Shown piece by piece: positions 40,181 through 53,465 of a stretch of 64,000 nucleotides of DNA. The notes beneath the pieces are model-generated. The model had not been told where the DNA came from. It saw only the letters and a list, made by a program, of their open reading frames with translations, and did no database searches. Origin of the DNA: Eledone cirrhosa (taxonomy: Eukaryota); assembly GCA_964016885.1 (NCBI GenBank), contig OZ024747.1, forward strand, positions 92,690,001-92,754,000, written 5' to 3'. The first letter of the stretch is position 1; each line of letters begins with the position of its first letter. A program made the position numbers and the translations under genes.

Positions 40181-41400
40181 ACAGTTGCATTTATCTTGCT
40201 TTATGTTCATATGAGTTATCACCAAGTCACAACCCGTGACCTCAAGAGACAACAAGGTCTGCCATGTTCAACATACACACACATGCATCTTTAGGTGTTT
40301 AGACTTGTGATGTATTTATATTGACAGAAGCTTCCTTAGTATATGGGCAGTTCCCATTAGTACTATCTTTTGTATTTCTCCTATACGCGGGTTTCCTGGG
40401 ATTTGAGATAAGTAATCATTAGACCCCTTAGGTATCATTCCTAGAGCGCCTACAACAACTGGTATTGTTTTAGTTCTCAATTTCCACATTTTTCCAATTT
40501 CTATCTCCAGGTCCTTATACTTGCTCAATTTTTCAAATGTTTTTATAGATACATTCTTGTCTATTGAAACGGACATATCAATTAGCAGGCACACGCTCTT
40601 TTTAAAGTCCTTCAGTATTATATCAGGTCTATTTGCATCTATTTTTCGGTCTGTTTGGATGCTAAAGTTCCACAAGATTGAGATGTGATCTTTTTCAAGT
40701 ATGGGAGGTGGTTGATGCTCCCACCAATTCTTTTGATGGGGCAGGTCAAAATGCTTACACATTATCCAATGTATGTATTGTGCAGCTCTGTCATGCCTGT
40801 TTAGGTATTCGGTTGGAGCTATAGGACTGCACATTGAAATTATATGATCAATGGTCTCTGGTTGTTATTTACATTCACGGCATAATGGGTTGCATTTATT
40901 TTTTATTATGTTGGCTTGGTAATTTTTTGTTGGCAGACACTGATCCTGTGCTGATATAATCAGTCCTTCAGTCTCCGTTTTCAGTCCAGAGAATGCCAAC
41001 CACTGATGGGTTAAAGTTTTGTCAACATCAGGATTGTTAGCTCTTTCTGGGTATTCTTTCTGGGTTTCTGTAGCAGTTCTTTCTTTACAGTTACTTTTAC
41101 CTGCTTTGCTTTTTCTGTGTTTTTCATTTCAGCAGTAAATGGAACTTCTGAAATTTGTAGTCCATTACTGTATCTTTGTGCATCTTTTGTAATGGAGTAT
41201 GATCTTTTGATGCTTTCGTGTTTCAAAACGAGTTTGATCATCCAATCATGTGATTCCCTTAGATATGTAGATAATCCAATTGTTGCAGTTTTCAACGCAA
41301 TATCTAACTGGATTAACCCACATCCTCCTTCTTTCCTAGGGAGATATATTCTATCTGTATCTGCCTTAGGGTGATGCATTCTGTGCATGGTTAAGAATTT
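40181..41400 (-). mobile_element. Dong/R4-clade LINE of a second family, 5'-truncated and frameshifted
   Basis: HHPKADTDRIYLPRKEGGCGL, a CCHC region, RHDRAAQYIHW, RPDIILKD and IPVVVGALG. Confidence 0.9.
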
Positions 41401-41635
41401 ATTATTATTATTATTATTATTGAATGCTATGGTTGACGGAGGCTCGGCTCTGTAAGGTATTGTAAATTTTGACCGTTATAACAATTGTAAATTGTTTAAA
41501 ACTTTAACCAACTTGTAGACAAAAACACCCTCCTCCTCGTGAGAGGGGTCTTTCTGCCCGTTATTTGGCCCTTCGGGGTTAAATAACCGCCTATTGGGGT
41601 TTTGTGCCCGATATTTATTTTAAACAAAAAACAAC

Positions 41636-43711
41636 ATGGCTACGAAAATGAATTTTCATAGGTCACTCCCACTCATTCCGTCTTCTTCTTCCTCAATCGT
41701 CACTACAGCAGAGAGAAGATTGTCTTTTTCCCTCCCTTCTCTATCGCAAGCGACGACAGAAAAGAAAAATCTCGTGCAAAGCGTGCAAGATTTCTCCACA
41801 ACGACGAAACAGGTGTGCGGGAAATACGAAAACCCATTTCATTCGTCTGACGTCAGGAATAATAGCAGTAGCAGCCGTAATAACAACAGCAACAGTGACA
41901 ATGAAAACAACAGTAGCAGCCGCAACAACATCACCAGCAGCATAAACAACAACAGCATTAGCAGCAGCAATACCAACAACAACCACAGCAACAGCGGCGG
42001 AGGCAGTAGTCGTAGTACCTGCAGCAACAACAAAAGTAACAGCAGCTCTGACGACAACAACAACAACAGCAGCAAAGAAAAACCAATCTCATTTGCAGGT
42101 ATTGCGAAGAACCTGGAAACAATCCTCATAACAAATGAGGAATTAGAGGAAGCGAAGAAGATGGTGACAAAGACTGGACACCGAGCAATCTGCAAGGCAG
42201 CGGAAAAATTTTTCGAAACCCAACAGCACTGTACGGTCACGTACCGTACAGTAAGTACAAAATTCCGTAGGGTTGAAAGAGCCACAGAGGCTCAAATACA
42301 AAAAGCCTTGGGGTCTGTGTGGCAGCGGAAAACGCACATCACCCGAGGCAAAAAATATGCCACCGTAGACGTACTTTTTGCCACACCCCAGGAGGCAAAG
42401 GCTCAATGCGTAGTGACCCTAAGGAGCGAGGAAATGGTGTTGGTGCCCTCCTACTGCGGGCAAAAAATTGTGAGGGTCAAACTGACCCACGTCCCCCCCC
42501 CCCCCCCCCCCGGGATGGCCCCTTCTTGGCTGGCCGCGTCTGTCCTCGTCGGAATCGAGGACAAAACAACTGTACTGCAAGTACAGAAAAAAGTAAGAGA
42601 AGATTGGGTCGGCACCTCCATTGAGATGCTAATCCAAACCAACCAGGAGTGCATCGAAGCTATCCCGGATGTGATAGACTTCGATAACGGCACTCAACTG
42701 CCCATAAGTGTTGAGGGCAAACGCCCGAAATGCTTTCGCTGTGGATCGAAGACTCACCTCAGGGCCTTCTGCAACGAGAAGACCCTGAGAAAGGAGAAAA
42801 CCCCCCTCCTTCCGAAACCGGCTCCACGGCTACCAGCAACAGGATAAGCGGCAACCAGGAACGATAGATCCGTGGCACCCATACCCACGCCACGGAAATC
42901 AAAAACAGCAGCAGCAGTGGAAATATTAACAACAACAACAGCAATACCAAATGCAGCTGCAACAGAGACTCCAGTGCAAACATCACCAACAACAACAAGT
43001 GAAAGAGTGGAGCTGGTACCCCTCCCCGACCTCACAGAATCAGACATGGAGTGTGAGGTGGGAGAGGGATGGCAAAAGGTCGTAAGAAGGCACAAACGCA
43101 GAAGCAGCGCATCGTCGCCTTTGAAAAGGGAGGAAAGAAATGAGAAAAGGGTAAAGTCTACTGCAAAGAGACTCACAGCAGCAACACCACCAACACCATC
43201 ACCACCCACACTAGCACCACCATCACCACCGGCGACAACCCCACCGCTAACAACACCTTCAACACCACCACCACAAGCACCAACATCGCAAACACAACAA
43301 CAAAACACACACACCCAGCAACAACGACAAGAAAATAGCAGAACCACACCCCACCCCCAGAAAAACAAATGCACGGCAATAAATACACACAACAAGAAAC
43401 TAATGACTTACATAATTGAACACACAGACATTTCACAACACGACTACATAATACCAGCACCAATCAAAACGCCAACTAACTTAAGACTGCTAAAAATAGC
43501 ACAGAAACAATACACAAACATTAAAACGAAGTTCCCCAACGCAGTTGGTGATTTCAGAGACCTAGGAGGGACACTCAACCGAAGAGTATATTCGGATATA
43601 CTCATAGAAGAGCCGACGACCAGCCGAAGGGACGATTCAACGGTCCCTTCACCAGACGATCAAGTGAAAAGGGATGGAAAAACCATCCCTCCTCTACGAA
43701 AAGTACGGTAA
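41636..43711 (+). pseudogene. Tx1 ORF1 (gag-like, zinc knuckle) with one in-frame TAA at 42845
   Basis: CFRCGSKTHLRAFC knuckle. The 403-aa and 279-aa ORFs are in the same frame. Confidence 0.85.
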
Positions 43712-43746
43712 GGGGTCTTTCCCATCTTTTCCACTCTATTTTAAAC

Positions 43747-46700
43747 ATGACCTCACTCAGAATAGGCAGCATAAATGCGCGTGGCTTGGGGTCGTCATGG
43801 AAGCAGGGTCACCTGCTCAACGACCTCAGGTCACTAAACATAGATGTAGTGGCCATCGGCGAGACCAGAATCTACGAAGCACGGGCCTTCGCACCGATCT
43901 TCGGCGGCTACGATGTGTACGCTTCTCCCAGCCGTCCTGGATCGGGGGGAGGAGTTGCTGTGCTTTTTCGGAGAGGTTTGGATCTCGCCATACGGGTCAT
44001 CTTCCTGGACCCAGAGGGTAAGTTGGTAGTGCTGGACGTGACCAGCGGAGACGGGCAAGCTTTCGGGATAGTGGCCGTCTATGCCCCGACAGGAGCAGGG
44101 CGGCCTGATTTCTTCCGGCGTCTGGAGACCTTTCTTGGAACGTCCCGCTCTTTAGTGTTAGTGGGCGACTGGAACAGGATCTTAGATGCACGCTGGGACT
44201 GTGTGGGATTAGCGGATAGGGATGGAGGGTGCAAGAGCCTCACCAACCTGCTCAGGCGTTTTGAACTGTCTGACAGGTACCGATTGGATTTCCCGAATGT
44301 GCCAATGTGGACTTGGACAAATCGCATAGAGTCATCCAGATCATATCTAGATAGAGTATTTTGTAGGGAAATAGATAGGTCTAGCATAGGCTGTCCACAA
44401 TTCAAGATAGTCAGCTACACGGACCACAAATTCGTGATCTGTGTGCTTGACTTAGATAGGCTTCATAGACGAGGACTCGGCTACTGGAAGCTAAATGCGT
44501 CCTTACCAGCGCGCAAGGCCTACAGAGACCGGATTAGCGAACTAGTTAAGCGGGCGTTGACGGGGGCCATCGTCAACAATAAGTGGTGGTTTGCTCTGAA
44601 AAGAGCGATTAGAATAGAATCGATTAGGTTTAGTAAGGCTTTAGCAATAGAGAAAAATAGAGCAGAGGGAGAACTAGTTAGAAAATTAGACGAGGCGCTT
44701 AGCAAAGGCATTGCGACCGACGTGCTTGCGGCGAAATTGGCCTTTGACCAATTCTTCAATGCAAAGCACGAAGGCTGCGTTGTCAGAGCTAGGGTGCGTG
44801 TTCTCAGACACGAGGGGACGAAAGCCGTTCAATGGGCCTGAGTGGCGGAGGCGCGTCGTGGCAACAAAGCCACGATCCGGGCTTTGGTGGACCACGACGG
44901 GCGCATGCTACTCGATCCCGGGCAAATGTGTGAAGCTTTTCAGCGACACTTCGCTCTGCTGTTCGGGGGCAGCGGTGGGCCGGGTCGAGGGATGGACTTT
45001 AGTGTCTACCTCGACGGACTGCCGCGGCTCTCGGCCACTGAGGCGGAGTGTTGCGAAAAGCCGATAACAGCCGCCGAAGTAAGGGAGGAAATGACTGGCT
45101 GCACAAGGGGTAAATCGCCTGGTTTGGATGGTCTGCCCTATGTACTTTACGTACAGATGCCAGACTTGTTCGGAGGCGTCTTGGCGGACGTCTACTGCAA
45201 CTGGCAACAGAACGGGAGAATTCCCAGTTCTGTGAGCCGAGGAGCGGTGGCACTGCTGAGAAAGGATCCGAACAAGGGGGATAACATAGATAATTTCAGG
45301 CCCATAACTCTGCTAAACACAGAGTTCAAGATTTTGGCCAAGGTGCTAGCAAATAGGTTGGCGCTTGTCGTTGGTGGTCTGGTGGGAGAGGCGCAGATAT
45401 GCGCCATTCCCGACAGATCCATCCACGACAACCTCCACCTCATGCGATACATCATAGAGAGGGTAGCTAAGGAACCTGGCACGGGTGGGTCCTTGATCAA
45501 TTTAGATCAGTCGAAAGCTTTCGATAGGGTCGACCATCGTTACCTAGCGGCAGTCCTGAGGGCGGCTGGCTTGGGCCCGTCTTCAGAGGCTGGATCGCTG
45601 CCATGCACAGCGACATCTGCTCTGTGGTGAGAGTGAACGGTCACCTGTCGGAACCGTTCAACATCATGCGCTCGGTCCGCCAAGGATGTCCCCTCTCGTC
45701 CCTCTTGTAGGTATTGACTCTCGAGCCATTACTGCACAAACTGGAGGCGTTGAGGGGAGTCCCGCGCGAACTAGGATGCGGAAGATCCGTGTCAGCATAT
45801 GCGGACGATGTCACCGTAGTGGTGTCGAACGCCAAACACATCGAGGCGATCGGCACTACACTAAGAGAATACGAAGCGGTGACAGGAGCAATGATCAACC
45901 AGGAAAAGTCGGTGGGCCTGCAGCTCGGCACCTGGAGAGGCAGGTCCATGCCGTCCAACAGCGTCGTCGGGCGCTGGACGGACGGACCGGTTAAATTGCT
46001 AGGGGTCTGGTTCGGTCCGGACCTCCAGACGGACAAAAACTGGGACGAGGTGACGAGCAGGGTGGCTTCTCTCACCCAGAAATGGGCGGAGAGGAAGCTA
46101 TCCCTGAAAGGTCGAGCGGAGGTGGCTAACGCATACATCGCGTCTGTCATCTGCTACCGCCTAACCGTCGTACCTTGTCCTAAGCCTCGCCTGACTGCGC
46201 TCGAGCGTTTGCTCTTTCGCTTTTTGTGGAAGGCACGTGCTCCGATGGTCAGGCGGTCCATCTGTTGTCAACACCCGCTACGTGGAGGGCTGGGCATGCC
46301 GTGGCTGATGATGCGCAGGCACGCGCTCAGGCTACGACATCTCCACCTCTTCCTCGACGGTGATCAGGTGTGGTCGCCGTTTGCTAGACGCGTTTTTCCC
46401 CAGCTCGTTTCCTTGACGGAGCTGCAGTCCTGGGTCAAGCGAAGACCGAGAGGGAGCGCCTGGAGACTGGAATGTCTTCAGGCGCTCACAGCCCTCGACC
46501 AATCGGGCAATGTGATCGGTGGAAACTCCACCTCGGCGTTCTATAGAGGATTAGTGGAGGGGAAGAGCGACGACGTACTTGGGGAAACTCAAGGCGTCGG
46601 CGAAAATCAACTAGCCAATCTCTTCGGAAGAACTTTCGGGCCAGGGCCTATGGACAACTTCCAGAAATCTCTGGCCTGGCAGTGCTACCGAGGAGCCTTG

Positions 46701-47165
46701 CCAGTTCGGGATAAACTCTACAGGCATGGAGGTGCCGTCAGCCGGGCATGTCCGAGATGCGCGCAGGGCGACGAAACCGTCCTGCACGCACTCGTCCAGT
46801 GTCCGAAAATTGCTGACTTGTGGGTTTATGTTGAACACCTGCTGTCGCGTTTAGGACGGATCCGGCTATCATCTGAGTCCATCGTGAGGATTGCCCCGCC
46901 CTCCTCCTTTAGCCGGGAAGGGCAGGCAGTTTTTATCTGCCTGGTGGCCATGGCGAAAGAGATAGTATGGTGGACACGTTTGAAAGGGCTGAAGACGAGC
47001 ACTTACCTCTTCGGTGATGCTCTGATTGACTTTTTCAAATTTCATTTGAAAAGGAAAATCAGAGTAGAGAGGGAAGTGCTCTCTTCCCAGCATTTTGTTG
47101 AAAGATGGGTGAGAGAAGCAAGAATGGCCCGAGTGAATGGGCCTACTCTGAGTATATATCTGTAA
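43747..47165 (+). pseudogene. Tx1 ORF2: APE endonuclease, RT and C-terminal CCHC, interrupted by TGA 44839, a frameshift near 45570 and TAG 45708
   Basis: SINARGL, GET, VYAP, GDWN, YLDR, TDH; KSPGLDG, KAFDRV, QGCPLS, YADD; CPRC...HALVQC. Confidence 0.95.
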
Positions 47166-47425
47166 ATTAAAGGTGGAAAACTGGGAGAGGGCACTTGCCT
47201 TGGTGGTCAGGGTCATTGTGGCTTTTTACTGGGCTTTCTCCACAAATGTCCCTCCGAAATCTCCCCCCTATTGGGGAATTTTTCATTGTTATTTTTTGTT
47301 ACATCCTCTGTTTTTGTTTTTCACACGCAGAAATGCCCATTTGTACCGTCCTGCATTGTCCTGCACTGTCCTTAATGTCTACTTTATGTAAACCCTTGTG
47401 GTTAATAAAGAAATCATTATTAAGA

Positions 47426-47459
<34 letters not shown>

Positions 47460-48035
47460 GTTCTTTGAGTCTCAGTCATTGATGTTGGTTAACTGGAAAG
47501 TTTGTTGAAATGAATATCAAGCCACTACCTGCAGCCTCAGATATTCAGGACATATCGGAGGGTTATTGCTGTTCCCAGCAAGCATGCCTTTTGAAGTGTT
47601 CCAAAAATCAGGGCGGGGCCAATTTTCTTTAACCATCCCTGGAAACTCTTTGAGATAGTACTTTGACTTCATGGCAGTTCCAAATCCTTTTTACCTCCCA
47701 CTTTACGTCCTGGTATCGGTTAATTTTCTCCCTCTCCTTCTCTTGCACTCTCGTGTCGAATGGGCAGGCCACATCCACAATCAGGCACAATCTTTTTTCC
47801 TTGTCCAAAACCACCAGGTCAGGTCTATTGTGTTCCAGTTTCTTGTCCGTCTGTATCCTAAAATCCCACAGCACCTTCACCTGATCGTTTTCTATCACCG
47901 ACTCTGGCTTATGCTCATACCACTTCTCAGAATGTGGTAAATTGTTTACTTTGTATAGGTGCCAGTGGATCACCCTGCCTATCACATCATGTCTCCAGCC
48001 TTTATAGTGAGTCTGGGCTAGGTGTTTACACTCGG

Positions 48036-48036
<1 letters not shown>
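47460..48036 (-). mobile_element. Dong/R4 LINE 3' fragment
   Basis: KVLWDFRIQTD...RPDLVV...DVACPFD, with (ATT)n on both sides. Confidence 0.9.
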
Positions 48037-48075
<39 letters not shown>

Positions 48076-48079
48076 GTTT

Positions 48080-48272
48080 AGGGTAGTGGATTGGCAGTAT
48101 CGGTAGAGGGTCGGATGCCATGCTTTGTGGCATATAGTTACGGCTCTTTATGTTCTGAGTTCAAATCCCACCGAGGTTAACTTTGCCTTTTATCCTTATG
48201 GGGTCGATAAAATAAAGTACCAGAAATACACTGGGATAATTGCTGGCCTTGTGCCAAAAGTAGAAACAATTA
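48080..48272 (+). mobile_element. SINE S1
   Basis: S1 consensus match. Confidence 0.88.
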
Positions 48273-48623
48273 TTATTGTATGTTGAAGTGTGTGGACGTG
48301 TCTCACCTTGCTCCACTGATTTGGTGATATTTTACCAAGTGAATGAAAATTGATATGAATTTGATGTTACGACACAAGGTCAGTCATTTTACGATATAAT
48401 TTTAGTTTTCTGTCTCTGTGTAACTCCAAGATAGTAACTTCTCACAGATACGTCTATTAAGAAATTGACAATGAATAAAACAACATAGTTCACAAACAAT
48501 AAACAAACCCCACCAAAAAATATAATTTTTTCCGTCTTGAACATGAACAATAAGAAAAGAATATTTTCACAGCCAAAAAATGCCTGCTTGAATACTTTGA
48601 GTAGTAATGTTGTCAACAATAAT

Positions 48624-48795
48624 AGTTTATCAATTTTGGGGGAGGGGAATGTCGATTAAATCAACCTCAGTGCATTACTGGTACTTCATTTTATTGACCC
48701 CATAAGGATTAAAGGCAAAGCTAACCTTGGTGGGATTTGAACTCAGAACAAAGCATGGTGTCCGGCACTCTACTAATACTACCAATTCACTGCCC
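48624..48795 (-). mobile_element. SINE S1, deleted, with a 19-bp TSD
   Basis: taatgttgtcaacaataat at 48605-48623 and 48796-48814. Confidence 0.85.
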
Positions 48796-50010
48796 TAATG
48801 TTGTCAACAATAATGAGAACACTCTTTGATATGGTATGGGCCCACAATTTCTGAGGGAGTGATAGAGATGCCATATTGATATACAGCATTTCTCGGGTAT
48901 TTTTAAACCTGGTGGAGCCAATCTTCTCTCCGAGCCTGAATTCAGTAGATTTCTTCCAGAGAAGGATACTGTTTATCCATTGTAAATATTTCTGCTACTT
49001 GCCTGCCAGTATTGCAAGAACTATGGGAGAAACATACTATAATGGACTGTACTTCTTTGCCAGATGACTACATACTAGCAGAAGAATTCTACTGTACTCG
49101 GGCCTGGAGAGGGGATGGGCTCCACCAGGTTTGAAAAATTCCCAGGAGGTGGCTGCCGCATGAATCGCACGCTTCCGCTCGATTTCCGCAGTGTGCTTTG
49201 CAATCCTGCGGTGTTTGGCAACCGTGGAGCGACACGGCTTCAGGCTCGTTGGCATATCAGTAATTTTCCTCTGCGTTCACTTCGCGGTGGGCACTGCAAA
49301 GTTGCCGTGATGCGCTGCTCTGGGGATCATGGACGACACCTTCAAGAAACTTGTGCCGTCGTGCGATGATCACGGTGCTAGGTTTGCTGGATTGACTGAT
49401 AGGATCCCAGATTCCATTGGTTTCGGATAGACTGGTTTTATGTTTTTGTGGCTGGAATGGGCTTCCGGACGGACCCATGGAGATTGGGGTGTATGTCAAT
49501 ATAGCACCCCTATGACTCCCTCAGGAATTACAGGTCCATACCATACTATACTGCCTATGCTTTCAAATTATTATTTTTTTTAAATTAGAGGGCTTTATTA
49601 AATGTTGTAAGTAAGCTCGTGTTTGGAACATAACTTAAGATATTCTGGGATAAAATTATTATGGAAAGTTTTAGTTTAAATATGAATGTTTTGAAATAAA
49701 AGGTTTTATGATGTCATAGAACCATGGGCAGTTTTGGGTAGGTTGGTATCGGAAAGGTCAAAAGAATCTTTATTGAAACACCTTTAAATTTTTCTATGCT
49801 GTCCAAACCCCAAAAATGTTAATAGTCTCTTTTCTGTGCACCAGAGACCAATATGAGGAAGGAATGGTTAAAGAGGGGTGGATATTCTAGCCCAATGTAA
49901 ATGGAGGCTTCTCTCCAATGTGTGGGTAGGTTGCTTTAATTAAATTATACCTTGGTTTAATTATTGTATGCTTTATATATATATTTATTGTACTTATTCT
50001 ATACAATTAT

Positions 50011-50262
50011 TGGCTAAGTGGTTAGAGAATTGGATTCACAATTGTGAGGTTGTGAGTTTGATTCCTGGGCCAGGTGATGCATTATGTCCTTAAGCAAGAC
50101 ACTTTATTTCATGTGGCTCCTTCTGCCAGGAGTTGTGACCAGGAGATAGTATCAGGAATGAAATGACCAATGGAAACATTATTTCCTTGGTCTGATCTGA
50201 TGGGTTCCACCCAACTCATTAAGGAAGTGGGGTGGGACTCATCTTTGATCTCATCATTCACT
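50011..50262 (+). mobile_element. tRNA-derived SINE S4
   Basis: A box tggctaagtgg, B-box-like gagtttgattcc and a CORE-like half. Second copy at 59058-59261. Confidence 0.8.
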
Positions 50263-50617
50263 CCTGGATGGAAAAATATACATTTTTAGCCTGTCCCCAA
50301 ATATATCATATGATGTCTTCATCTCTCATCTCTCTCTCTCTCTTCTTCACTGGTTTTGTGACCCCTATTTATATGGATGTATGAAAGAGTCCCTAGTGGC
50401 AGAATAGAGCCATTATTATTAATAATAGTAGTAATATTCATATTCTGATTACATTCAATCACTATACTCCAACCCTTATCTTAGATTGAATCAATGTATT
50501 ATACATATCAACTATTTATTTATAAATATTATTATCAGAGGCGGGATTATATGATATGCTTTATACTTGTAAAAGTATTTCTTAAAAACAAGAAAGTTAT
50601 GTAAATATGTGTGTGTG

Positions 50618-50696
<79 letters not shown>

Positions 50697-53370
50697 ACAT
50701 GTATATATACACACATATATATATATATATATATATATTCATATATATACATGATTAAACAGTTAAGCTAGCTTCCTTGTTAGTAAGCAAAGCAAAATAA
50801 ATATAAATGGAGAGCGAGTTTGTGAAAACAAAGGAGTGAAAAGAAGAGAAAGTGAGTGATATGAAATATAAATGAAAAGATATAGAGACTAAATGGAATA
50901 TCGAATATCTGGGAGAAGAGGATGAAAAGTAAGATCATGGATTCAGATATATGACCTGTAGATAGGACAATCTATTTATCTATAATTACTCTTTCTTTAT
51001 CTTTGGGGGGAGTTTTATCCCATTGAAGACTAGCCTGGTTGTCATGCTCTCCATCTTAATTGATACTGGGTCTTTGTACAACATATTGGAAGTAGATCAT
51101 TCTATTGTCTTCAAACATTCCTAATTATGACAATATTTGTTCTGTCCTTTCAACAACAGTCTTCTGAAATTTCAGTATTTCTCGAATGATCTTATAGTCT
51201 ATAAGTTCTTTTTTTTTTTCTTTTCCCTTTTTAATTCTATGTTCTGCTCCTTTTTACATTGTTCCTCTACTCTTATTACATATTTATTTTTTAATTTTCT
51301 TCTATATTATTTCTGTTTCTTTCTTATTTTTTTCATTTTATTTATTTATTATATATATTTTTTTCATTTTACCATATTATCCAAAATTCTCCCCTTGTTT
51401 TCATATATATTTCACACTCCCTATCTTTTCTCTAGTGTCGGAATCTTTGATCTGTTCCCTATTAAATTCCACCATTATCTTAAACAGAATTGGTAATGTT
51501 AAAATTTTCCTCAACATTATTAATTTTCTGTTGTACATAACCTAAATCAATCTGATCTCTGTTATGTTCAAAGAAATCCATCCTTCTACTGTACCTCTCT
51601 CTAATTCTTCTGAATTAATTAGCAACATTAAAGACATACCAGGCTCTCAACTTAGACTCTTTCATCAAAATTCCTTTCTCTCTTTTTCTATGGCTGATTT
51701 TTTGATCATTTCTAATTTTTTTTTTCTTTCAGTTTTTCCATAATTTCTGGTAGCTTTTGTTTTTTCACTACTGGCTATTTTTCTTTTAGTTATATAAGGA
51801 TGAGCAGAAACTAAATCATTAATAGAAATAGACAAGAAAGAAACATAGGAGAAGGGAAACAGAATGAGAGAAAGCAAAAGAAAAAAAAATGGATGAAGAG
51901 AAATTAAAATAAAAAAAGAAGCTGGCATAGACAAACTAAAAACAGACCGAATGAAACTAAAATGACAGAGAAAGAGCATGTGCAAGAATAGGAGAGAAAA
52001 AATTAAAAAGGAGAACAAATAAATTATATAAAACAAAAGAGAGAGACTAAAAAAAATAAAAAGGAAAGGGAGAACTTTTTTATTTCATATATTTTTCATT
52101 TATTTTTCAATAGTATGAAGCCTTTTTGCTTTTAATAAGATTATAATAATTATTGATAGTTCTGTGGTATTGGAGAGAATTGTGGTATTGGAGAGGGCTG
52201 GTGTATTGGGGAGGGCTGGTGTATTGGAGGGGGCTGGGGTATGTGATGCTAGTGGGATTGACAATGACAATAATAACAATAATAATAGCTAAAACCACTG
52301 TAATCAAAATAAGAAAAAGAAAATAAATACTAATAGTATTAGCTTGATAATGATATCATAAAACTTCATACATCTATCACATCACACTGATGATGAAGAT
52401 ATGTATGTAAGAAAGAAATTTAAACAGAAAGTGATATGTTCGCATGTTTGTATTAATTCTCAATATCTTTTACGTTTTTGGTAATTTTTTTTTCTCTGCT
52501 TATTTTTTTTAGGTCTCAACTCCTTCTATAATTTAGAAAGCCTCTGGGTTATAATTTTTATTTTAGTTTATTCATTTTTTTTTAATGATATACATTTACT
52601 TTTTTATTTTATTGGCAAAAGAGCTATATAATATGGCTGTTAATTTTTTTATAGCTAATTCCCTTGAGTAATTGTTGACCAATGAAAGGGTATTGGATGT
52701 AGATGGTAGTGGATGTTTCTATATGACAGTTGGGATGTTGGTTGAAATCAAAAGAAATGATAGCAATGTTATTAATAGAGAGATTGTAGCAACATTTTAT
52801 GATGGGAAGGAGGGAGAATAGAAAAATAGGCATTTCATATCATAGCCCCTTATAGGAGATAAAGAAAATAGTGAAAACCCTTCCCTTTAAGCTAAACTTC
52901 ATAATTAAAGTCTTCAAACTAAAATTTGTGATTCAGTGGAGGTTATGTCCTCCACAAGAGAGATTTATTATATCTTTTTTATTTTTTATTTTATTCTATT
53001 TTAGTTTTATTTTTAATTAAAATACACATGGGACAATCAGAAATAAATTACACCTCATTGGAAATGTATTGAAAAGTAAGTAGACAGCAGTTATATATGA
53101 TGAGAATAATACAGACAGAATGACTACATTGATAACAATAAAACTCTAACAATAACAAAGTAATGAAGATGATGAGGGATTTCAAGCTTCATTTTAAGAT
53201 TTACAAGAATTTTTGTAAATTTTATTTTTATAAAATCCTAAGATACAATACAATAATCTCTTCGATTTCTTATATATCTTATTGTAATCAATGGAATATA
53301 AATTGAAAATATAAATTGTTTAAAATATTGATATTTTTGTGGGGGTGGAAGTGGAGAGAATAAAGGATAT

Positions 53371-53459
53371 TTCTTCTTCTTATTCTTCTTCTTCTTCTTC
53401 TTCTTCTTCTTCTTCTTCTTCTTCTTCTTCTTCTTCTTCTTCTTCTTCTTCTTCTTCTT
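53371..53459. repeat. (TTC)n microsatellite
   Basis: Direct reading. Confidence 0.97.
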
Positions 53460-53465
53460 TCTACA

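Larger units (their letters stand above)
41422..47413 (+). mobile_element. Full-length Tx1/L1-clade non-LTR retrotransposon (copy A)
   Basis: 5'UTR, ORF1, ORF2, 3'UTR and AATAAA at 47404. TSD ttaagaattt(att)n at 41391 and 47420. Confidence 0.96.

Noticed and set aside
42493-42511. Poly-C run in ORF1, and a poly-G frameshift in copy B near 31945, as programmed slippage sites
   Set aside because: Not shared between copies. Homopolymer expansion or sequencing error is more likely.
44839-44841. TGA in ORF2 as a readthrough or selenocysteine codon
   Set aside because: Readily explained by CGA-to-TGA CpG decay, and no second copy covers the site.
44079-46150. Antisense ORFs of 100-170 aa over the Tx1 ORFs
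   Set aside because: Expected shadows of GC-rich coding sequence, with no motifs.
50900-53330. Hydrophobic F/L/I-rich ORFs
   Set aside because: Low-complexity T-rich sequence with no supportable domain.
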